64,000 bases of DNA from Lytechinus pictus (Eukaryota): positions 38,380,001 to 38,444,000 of the forward strand of contig NC_087251.1 in NCBI RefSeq assembly GCF_037042905.1, read 5' to 3'. The translations under genes and the position numbers were made by a program. Positions 54,701 through 64,000 of the stretch are shown in pieces (the first letter of the stretch is position 1; every line of letters starts with the position of its first letter). Under the pieces are notes generated by a model, which saw only the letters and a list, made by a program, of their open reading frames with translations, was not told the origin of the DNA and made no database searches.

Positions 54701-55408
54701 TTTGCGGAAAATATGCAAATATATTTTTTTTCTTTCTTTTATTCTCATTTTGGGTTGATTTCACGTTTTTTCAAAGTATGGCTTACAGAGATGCATCCCC
54801 AATCGAAGGACAGGGAAAGTAAGAACACAGGATTATTCTCGTATGTAATGGAGATAATCCTCTGTATCTCACAGAATCAGTAAAACAGAGGATTTATTTG
54901 GGATGTTTCCTGTAAATGCTGTCATTGAAGAGAGATTATTTACACCAAGAAGATGGAGAGACTGTCACCCCCAAGGCAACCCAGGCTATTTTATTTACAC
55001 AATTTTCAAGATTCCATTAATTTTCAGATGTCAGTTGCTTCTTGATTGTAGAGTTTGTGTGATTGTAAAGTGTAGTGTTAGTGTTAAGAGAGCATGGATT
55101 TAGTCTCACAAATGGTTGCTTTATATATGTTGTCTTTTCATTACATCTGCAACCGATGCAGGGCCATCATTTTTATTCTGGATTAAGTAGATAAACACTG
55201 AACTTGGTACTGGCTATAATTATAGTGCACAACAAAAAATATCTGATATCAAGTTGGTTGTTTTCTGTTCTTGCCAGCCAAACTGAACTTGAAATCAGCT
55301 ATTATATGCCTATCTACTAGTTGTAGTGTCGGTATGTCATCTGAGTCACTGAGTGATATTAACAACATCACATTATTCTGCATTGGTATACATTGGAAGA
55401 ATAAGGTC

Positions 55409-55957
55409 CCCGGGGGGGGGGGGGGGGGTGAGTTTCCATGATCTGGGGTTGTCATTTTGTATTCTGCAGACAATCCTCCCACAAATTATGAATGTTTTAA
55501 TTTGGTAGTGGCCCGGGGGGGGGGGGGGGGGAGGCAGTCAAATGTATTGCTGTACACACATGTGGCCAAATTATTTCCAAACATCCCCTAAAAGAGTTTT
55601 TCTCTGTGTGCAAAATAATCCCCTAAACAAGATTTTTCGCGGGCTTTATTTACACATTTTGGCCCCTAAACACGATGTCGCCCCTGCGCCAGAATATGAC
55701 CCCGGGAAAAAGCTTTGGGAAAAAAAAACATACCTTAAACATGTTTGGCTAGTCTTAAAAAAAATACCCTAAATGCGTTTGACCCTGCGATTGACCATTG
55801 ACCAGTCTTTCAAAACTACCCCTTTTTTGAAAATCTGTGTTTTTGATACCATTAACGAGTGCACGCGCGGCCCGCGTCAAAAACTGAAAAAACACCCCTT
55901 TAAACGTGTTTTATGGTCACGCGTGTGTACAGCAATATATTTGACTGGCCCCCTGGG
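55409..55957. mobile_element. Composite CCCGGG-terminus DNA transposon (MITE at 55512-55957 plus an extra terminus and a 79-bp captured segment)
   Basis: 8-bp TSD ATAAGGTC at 55401-55408 and 55958-55965. TIRs CCCGGGG..CAGTCAAATGTATTGCTGTACAC / GTGTACAGCAATATATTTGACTG..CCCTGGG. Confidence 0.8.
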
Positions 55958-56588
55958 ATAAGGTCCAGGGTTCCAATCTCACCATAGCACTCGCGTCCTT
56001 TGGCAAGCATTTATGTACATCTGCCAATTTCCACCCTAGTGTAGTAAGTAGGGCTATTATCGTTAAGAAAATTATCTGTCAATATATTGCTAAAAATATC
56101 TTACTGATATTGATGACTATCGACAAAAGAACATAATCAATGCCCATTTTTACGCATTATAGCGATGACACAATACTCGCGTTGGTCAAAATTTGTATGT
56201 GCCACTACCAAGAACGCTTTAAATTCCCCATTCATCGGATGTAAACGATTACATAACATCTTTTAGTAAACATATTTAGCATAAATACATCCTCACCTTT
56301 TCACGTTAATATTAGCATTATTTTAGGGTTGGATAAAGTTTTATAGATAATTTTGGGCTTTTTGGACATCGTTCTGAGCAGTCAACGTCTTTTGCCTATC
56401 CGCCATTTTTGTATCGTGCTGTACATCTTCAAACGTATAGGGCAGCAACACACGGCCGTGTGCTGCCTTCTACATTGGTACTTTGCTAGAATTGAGCTTG
56501 CGCTTGTGAATGTTTTCTATATGCAATCGAATGGAGTCGAGTCACGATGTTTGGATTGTGATGTTATAGCGAAGTGAGATCATGTTTT

Positions 56589-56993
56589 GTGACCAAAAAA
56601 ACATGTTTAAATTTTTTTTTCAGTTTTGGACACATTAGCACTGATTTTAAAAAAGGGGTGCTTTTGAATGACTGGTCAATGGTCAATCACGCAGTCAAAC
56701 GTATTTAGGGTATTTTTTTTAAAGCTTTTTCTAAAAAAATACTAGCAAAACGTGTTTAGGGTATTTTTCCCCGGGGCTTTTTCCTCCTCGTTTCTGAAAA
56801 GTGTTTGGGTTCTTCCCGAATGTACAAAACTTGTACGACAACTTGTTTAGGGGACAGAATGTGTAAATGAAGCCAGCGAAAGTTTAGGGGGCTATTTTGC
56901 ATAGTGCAGAGAAAAACTAATTTAGGGGGTGTTTGCAAATAATCTGGTCACGCATGTGTACAGCAATACATGTGACTGCCCCCCCTCCCCGGG
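56589..56993 (-). mobile_element. Second, inverted copy of the CCCGGG MITE
   Basis: Reverse-complement similarity to 55512-55920; ends TGTACAGCAATACATGTGACTGCCCCCCCTCCCCGGG. Confidence 0.75.
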
Positions 56994-57234
56994 ATTCCTG
57001 GTAGGAAAAAATCCTTGAATACCCAAGCACCCGATCAGGTTAGCAGAGTTAACATTAAGTGCTGTGAAAGCCCTTGCAAATATGATATTAAAATTCTATC
57101 CTGGTGCATTTGAATGGAATGTCGAATGTTTAAACAAAAATTTTATTGAACCAATCATCTGAACCCAGCAAAAGTATGTATCTACATGAATGTTGGCATT
57201 TATGTATTTTCTCCCACTTTTGTGAGTAATAAAC

Positions 57235-57844
57235 TACAGAGCCTTAAAAGTGCCATCGACTTGACGACTCGGCGAGATACTTTATCTTGCCATGTCGACA
57301 TAATAACCTTATCATGTCGACATGGCGAGATACTTTATCTCGCCACATGGCGAGATACTTTATCTCGCCAAGTCGACTTATTAAAAGTTATGTCGACATG
57401 GCGAGATACGTTTTCTCACCAAGTTGACTTATAAAAGGTTATATGTCGATATGGCGAGATATTTTATCTAGCCAAGTCGACTTATAAAAAGTTATATGTC
57501 AACTTGGCGAGATATTTGGACACTCGCCGGGCCTTGGACACTTCATATCTCACCATGTTGACATATAATGTTTTGTAAGTCAACTTGGCAAGATAACGTA
57601 TCTCGCCATGTCGACATATAACTTTTTATAAGTCGACTTGGCGAGATAATGTATCTCACCATGTCGACATATAAATTTCTATAAGTTGACTTGGCGAGAT
57701 AACGTATCTCGCCATGTGGACATGGAAATTTCTATAAGTCAACTTGGCGAAATAATGTATCTCGCCATGTCGACATAAGGTTATTTTTTCGACATGGCAA
57801 GAGAAAGTATCTCGTCAAGTCAATGGCACTTTAATGGCTCCGTA
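57235..57844. mobile_element. IS3EU-like non-autonomous foldback element with internal palindromic minisatellite
   Basis: TAC...GTA termini; TIRs TACAGAGCCTTAAAAGTGCCATCGACTTGACGA / TCGTCAAGTCAATGGCACTTTAATGGCTCCGTA; perfect 6-bp TSD ATAAAC. Confidence 0.85.
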
Positions 57845-58201
57845 ATAAACTAATATGTAGTGGTTGAAGTGTAAAAATCTAGTTATAGAAGAATCCTGTC
57901 TTTGTATCTCATTTGAATGCATGGAGTGCTCACCAGAATGCCTAAAAACCCACCCCATCTTTTTAATACCATTCACGGATGAATCATGTCGTAAGATGCA
58001 TATGTGGTGAATTATTTGAGCTCCACAGAATTCTTTTCCTTTTCTTTGTGGAAATCCACCGACAATGAAGAAGAAGAAAAGAGACAAAGCCCTTCTCTGT
58101 GGGCGCTGCCATTCCCTGAATTAGATTTCCGCGTCAGCAACCAGAGAACCCAGCGCTGCATTTTTCCCTCCTAGCTCTGCCATCCATCTTTTTGCCCTTA
58201 A

Positions 58202-58631
58202 AGGGGAAGTTCACCCTGACCAAAAAAAATTATTGTAAAAATACCAGCAAAAATAATAAGAAATAATGGTGAAGTTTTGAGGAAATTCTGTCAAAGATTA
58301 AGAAAATTATTAGAATTTTAAATTTTTGATTTGTGACGTCACATACATGTATGAGCAGCTGCCTCTATGTTGCGTAGTATATAATGCATAAATTTTTAAT
58401 GGTTCATGATAACCGAAAAATTGTTTCTTTTAGGAGCGGATTTGAAATGACATGTCAATATACCGAAGATACCATTAAAAAAAAAAAAATTTATGAAGAA
58501 GCTACTCGCATATGACACCAAAAAAAAATCTGACTTATGAAATGTGTGATTTTCTTCAAACCTTCATTATTATCTTTTACCTTTTTTCTGCTATGTTTGA
58601 AATCAACTTTTTGTCAGGGTGAACTTTCCCT
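58202..58631. mobile_element. Kolobok-like MITE, family A
   Basis: TTAA|AGGGGAAGTTCACCCTGAC ... GTCAGGGTGAACTTTCCCT|TTAA. Confidence 0.85.
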
Positions 58632-59513
58632 TTAACTCTGTGTTCACTTCCCTGTGAATGCGCCCTGCAGATATGGCGCAGCTTGAAAGGGAATGAGTCG
58701 CGCATTCAAAATAAAGAATTAGAGAATGGTATAATCTGATTTGGATGGCTCTTGTCACGCAGTCTCTGTCCAAATACCACATACATGAGTTTGTTTCCGA
58801 AAGGAGCTTTTTTTTCTCTCCCTAGATGTGTGGCTGATGACAACAACTTCGTATTATCTCTTTAGCCACCGTCTACCCATAAAATCTGAGGTTCTCTTTC
58901 TCTTATTTACATGTTATGTGACCGTGAACTTCCCCAAATCCCTTGCAACCAGAGATAATATTCGGTATAATGACAAATGCTCTGCATCTTCCAAACTCCA
59001 AACATTCAGAATTTGACAAGATATGCATTGCCCAGAGAATCCTAAAAGCTATCCAGTATAGGCTGAAGTGGTTTTTTTTTTACTACATGGTTGAATTTAG
59101 TTGTTGCATTAAGGGGCATGTTCCTAAGTGAGATTTTGAACTTAATGTGAATTAAAAATCAAAATCATCAGATTATATAGTTTGGATTATTTTTCAATGG
59201 CATGTTTCTAGGGGAGTGTTTCATTGAAGGACTTGTTGGAAGTTGTATCCACCAAAGTATGTTTCGTCCAGTTACCATAGTAATAGTCAAACTCCTGTGC
59301 TTCTCAGCCAATCAAAACAAAGAGAAATTGTCAGATCTGACAACTTTTCAGACAAAAGATGTTAATAAAATTCCGCGAGATATTCTCTTTCGTTTTATCC
59401 CACAACGAATTAAAGCTTTGAAAATTGGGTTTACGAAAGCTGATACAGACTTCGATTCCCCCAACCCCAAAGAACATTCAAGATATCAATCTTTCTCAAT
59501 GAATAAATCTTGA

Positions 59514-60100
59514 AGGGGTACTAGTACTCTGTGCTGAAGTGAATATAGTGATATAAATAGAGTAACCTTTATTGAGCAAAATGCCGAAAATATCAAAACC
59601 TGATAACAAATATAAACAAAGTTAGTGAATTTTAATGTTTAACAATATTTTGTGAAGACAGTTGTACTTTGTCATGAATATTCTTTAGGTGGGCTGATGA
59701 TGTCACATCCCCACTTTCCTTTTTTCTTATGTTATTACATGAAATCGTAATTATTTAATTTTTTCTTACATTTGTGAAGGATATGTCTTCTTTATAAGTT
59801 GCAGCAATGAATATCTAATGCATTAAATTAGTTGTCAATCTTTTTTTTTTCTTGAAGGAAAAATATAGATAAACATAATTTTATGTAATAAAATACAAAA
59901 GAACAAGTGGGGATATGACATCATCAGTTGCTCAATGAATATTCATAAAATATGCCTAGAATTGTTCCACTAAAATCTATTGTTAAAATAGCATAACTTT
60001 GTTATTCCTTGTCCGATTTTGATTAAATACTCACTGTTTTGTTTGCCTGATTTTTTTTATCTGTTCAAATCATATTATTTTTAGCCTGGAGTAGCACTCT
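59514..60100. mobile_element. Kolobok-like MITE, family B (degenerate)
   Basis: Internal homology to 29471-30067 (GCTGATGATGTCACATCCCCACTTTCC; GGGGATATGACATCATCAG); ends TTTTAGCCTGGAGTA. Confidence 0.7.
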
Positions 60101-62945
60101 GAAGAAACTTGTAAGAGTATATAGGTACAATATGTTTACATGTAGCAATATTTATCTAAGCAGGAAAACAATTCCATGTTGAGATGTTTCATAATTATGG
60201 CTGGGTAGAAACTGGGAAAGTGAAATTGAAATTGAATATCATTGTTATGATGATGTTCGATTCAAAACACCTATTTCCATGGAAAGCCTTTGTGCCTTTC
60301 CTAAAAAAAAGAGAGGTAATCTTGTTGACTTTTCTAGGCAGGGGTGTCGTGTACTTCCCAGAGGTAGGGTGCATATTAAGAAACTTCTATAAGAGTCGAT
60401 TTTGACCCCAATATGACCTAAAAAACATAATGCAGTGACAGGTGTCTTGAGAATTATAATTTTGGGGAAATGCAGGAAATATATTTTTCTTTGCTCTTAG
60501 GTCTACTTATTTCATGAAGGTACATTTCCATTTTTCCCCTCCAGATTTTTGTTTATATTTTTATCATGATGAGTTCTGTGTTTTTTAAAATATGATGGCA
60601 TGGCATTGGGAGATAGACTTCCTGATGGTGGCATGCAGGGTATGATGATAGCATAATATCACTTAACTCTTCATTGTGTGTTTCTTTGCATGTGCTGCAA
60701 GGAAAATGCATTAAATTGTATATTTAATTTAATTCAAATGTATTGATGGTGACATACAAGTTAAAAAAATGTTTAATTCATATAAGCCCATTATTTACAG
60801 ATATGTGGAGATATGGATATTGTAGGTTTGTAGCATGTCCCACAATTTTTTTTTCACTGGTTATGGGAGGGTATCTCAATTTCAAGGATTTAATATAATT
60901 CAGATAGGCTGTAAATAGTGACCAGCAAATATAAGATCTAGATGTAAATTAACTTAGATTTAGATTCGCACCTTGCTGATCTGATTTCGAAGCTAAAAGA
61001 ATTTGATTGAAATCTATAGAGATTTTAGAAGTCAATCCTTATGATTAAAAATAAATCCTTGAAAATTAGAGTGTACATACTCCAAGATATAGAAACAAGA
61101 TTCAGAGTAACTAAAGTAAGTAACTTACACATAATTTTTTATGATTATTGAAATAATTTAAAATGGGAATGGAAGTATTGCAAAAATAAAAGTAAACAAG
61201 TCGATTATGTTACATTTTCCTTATTTTGATGAGCGATAGATGCTATATAGAGCCTGCTTATAAACATGTACGGTAGTATTTTTGTTGTCTCTGATTACAG
61301 TAATTCAGCACTTTTAATAATCGTCATGCCATTTTGGGTACACAGTATATGTGAGAATGCATAATGATGTGTTTCATGCCCTGTTTAAAAAGGAAAAGTT
61401 CACTGCAGCTCTCCTCTCCGGAACATTTCTTGAAACTGTTATAAGCTACTAAAATCCTTGCATCTGATTGGCTCAGAACAAATTAGTCAGTGGAGATCAC
61501 TGGCAAGATGTTTGTGAAAATGACACCTGTAATTTGAAATTTTGAGTTATGAACAATTATAATCTTATAGTCTGAAATCAGAAGTGAACACCACACAAAG
61601 TATAAACATGAATAATAAACACATTGAATGTAATTTCTTATAGAGCGATCCAACCTTAAACTGACGTATTGAAAGTCAGCGTGTGTGTGTGTGGGTGGGG
61701 GGGGGGGAGGGTGTATTACAGTCGATACATGCACAACCACAGATATTAAAAAACTCCTTAAACTACATGTATATCAAGAATACCATGAATAAAAAACTGA
61801 AATATGCACAATATCTACTCGGATATGAAAAAAAATACTGGTACCATGAACATATAAGATTTTCTGATTTTTAGCAGCTTGGACAAGCTAAATGCACCCC
61901 ACATCTCGCATCCTATACAGCAACAGCTACCCTTTTTTAAATTTTACTTTTATTTTATTTACTTATTTATTTGTTTATTTATGTATTTATTCATTTACTT
62001 ATTTACTTATTTATTTGTTTGTTTGTTTATTTATTTCATTTATTTATGTATGTATTTATTTATCTGGTTTATTTTTTTCTTGGGGGGGGGGTTACCCCTT
62101 TGTACAGCAGTATACATGAAGTACAGTGCCCCCTGGGCAATCAGCTCAGGAGCACCCCCACAAGCCAAAATGCATGATATAAAAGGATGATGCACTGTTT
62201 TATAAAGAGAAAAAAAATACTAGAAATTGATTTCAGATCAAGATTCAAGAATGATGTATTGAACTGAGTAAAAAAAATGAAAACGAAAATGAAAGAGTAA
62301 AAGACTTTTTTAAAGGAGGGGGCAAACTTTTGATATTGTATTTCACCATATTTTGACTGAGTCTTTAACAAAAGTCTCAATTCACATGGGATGTTGACTT
62401 GATACTTGCAGCATCAGGTCCAGCATTTAAGGTTTCAAGAGATGCTTGCTGGAATGTGAATTTTGTGGGGAGAGAGAGGAGGAGAACAAAAAGTACAAGT
62501 GGGGTGCAACATTCAAGAAACTACAAAACACCCATTTTTTATCCTCCCCCATCAACGCATCATATTTGTGCCTTCTAGGGATTTATTTCCAGCGCTAACT
62601 GTATCGGTAAATCACGGATAATAAGTTCTATAGCCCTGTAGGTTTCTGCGGCTCCTATATGTTCATGTGCAAAGTTCAGTGGATATTATTCGAAAGGGAG
62701 GATAAACACTGAATTATGATACATTCCCATGGAAACCATATTGCAGAATATGTTTATGTAGATCAGAGTTATCCATGGTATATTGGATGGTAGATGTCAG
62801 CGAAACTAAGCTCTTCTTTCTGGGTTGGCTGAAAGTTGATGTTCTGCAATGAGTTGTGATTAGTTTTGCAGCTTGAGAATGTAAACAAATATCTGATGAA
62901 TGCAGAATATTGATTTTATGTTTTTGAAAGTCTGAGGTGTGTACT

Positions 62946-63060
62946 TCATCATCATCATCACCATCATCATCATCATAATCATCATCATCACCCCCACCAC
63001 CACCACCACCACCACCACCACCATCATCAACAACAACCTATTTATCATCAGTAGCATCAT
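62946..63060. repeat. (CAT)n/(CAC)n microsatellite
   Basis: Directly visible compound trinucleotide run. Confidence 0.9.
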
Positions 63061-63134
63061 CTTTGTAATAAATATCTGTAAATAATTATTTTATATGATA
63101 GTAAATTAAACAATTATTATTTTTTCACCTGCAG

Positions 63135-63209
63135 GCCAAGACTGGCATCAAGTACACCAACAACAGCAAATTCAACAGCAGATGGATGGCCTAATTCTAT
63201 CAATACAAG
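63135..63209 (+). CDS. Probable downstream coding exon of the same unidentified gene (..RPRLASSTPTTANSTADGWPNSINT..)
   Basis: Polypyrimidine tract with CTGCAG| acceptor and AAG|GTATAT donor. The 75-nt exon is open in phase 2 and compatible with the 31019 donor. Confidence 0.55.
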
Positions 63210-63284
63210 GTATATTTTCATTTGTTTTCCTTTTATTCACAATCAATGGCTTATAGATGAATTATTACACATGGAAGTATCATT

Positions 63285-63610
63285 AGGTAGCAGTTCTGAT
63301 TCTTGCCTTGTAATCAGAGGGTGTGTCGGTATTTGAATCCTAGCTTATCCTAGCATCCTCTGGCAAGGCATCAATCCACACTTTGCCACTCTCCACCCAG
63401 GTGCTGAATGGTACCCGGTAGGATACGAATGCCTATTTTTGTATCCCTAGCAAGTATGAGTTTGAAAAATCTTGTTGGAATGCTCCCCAGGGAGTGGAGA
63501 AAGTACATACATTGTGTGCTAACAAGCCAGGATCCAATGACCAGGTGGGATGATAATATCTGTGAAGTGCTTAATGACGATTCGATGTAGCGCTGTATAA
63601 AAGTGGAATG
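63285..63610 (+). mobile_element. Degenerate tRNA-derived SINE
   Basis: CTTGCCTTGTAATCAGAGGG..TTGAATCC and TCCACA..CACTCTCCACCCAGGTG..ATGGTACCCGGTAGGA match the 10621 and 27127 copies. Confidence 0.65.
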
Positions 63611-64000
63611 TCATTTCACTATTTTAGAGAGATACATATATATGGATGTAATGAATTAGATTGAAAGGTACAACCTACACAGTAAAAATGCTTAAAACAA
63701 CCAGAGCGTTTCATGAAAGTTGTCAGCACGACAAGTCGGCTTTCTCTGACAGTTACCATAGTAACAGTCAGAGGCAAGTGCCTCACAGCCAATCAAAACC
63801 AAGGATTTTACTAAAATTGTCAGCACTGACAATTTAGTCAATGTTGACAACTTTCATGAAACACTGGTTTACTATATGAACAGATCTTGTACTGTTTAAA
63901 TTTAAAACAAAATGATTTAGATATAAAAGCCATGTACAGATTCTGAAATTTATTGTTGAACATTGTTGTTTGAATTTTAAAAAACATTGATTTAAATTCT

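Noticed and set aside
57250..57830. Palindromic repeat array superficially like a CRISPR array
   Set aside because: The spacers are themselves repeats, the array sits inside TIRs with a TSD, the context is eukaryotic, and there are no cas genes.

Overview
AT-rich, intron-rich animal genomic DNA, most consistent with a sea urchin or other echinoderm (inferred from the repeat landscape, not verified). It holds three genes. (1) The last 13 coding exons of ATG2 on the + strand (185-13321). (2) A complete three-exon homeobox gene on the - strand (23349-18054, 495 aa), convergent with ATG2. Its highly divergent homeodomain has a PRD-class-type 46/47 intron and R50/S51 in place of the near-invariant N51, and the gene has a TATA/Inr promoter with upstream Sox/Otx-type sites. 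(3) The probable 5' end of an unidentified + strand gene (ATG at 30997, next exon at 63135 after about 32 kb). The rest is dense in non-autonomous DNA transposons (Kolobok-, piggyBac-, hAT-, Merlin-, IS3EU-, Tc1- and Harbinger-like, often nested), tRNA-derived SINEs, a 143-bp minisatellite and microsatellites. The most notable oddities are the divergent homeobox gene, a minimal hammerhead-ribozyme-like motif in an ATG2 intron, tandem copies of the ATG2 stop-codon region fused to a MITE arm, and a composite MITE carrying a 79-bp copy of DNA found 5.2 kb upstream.
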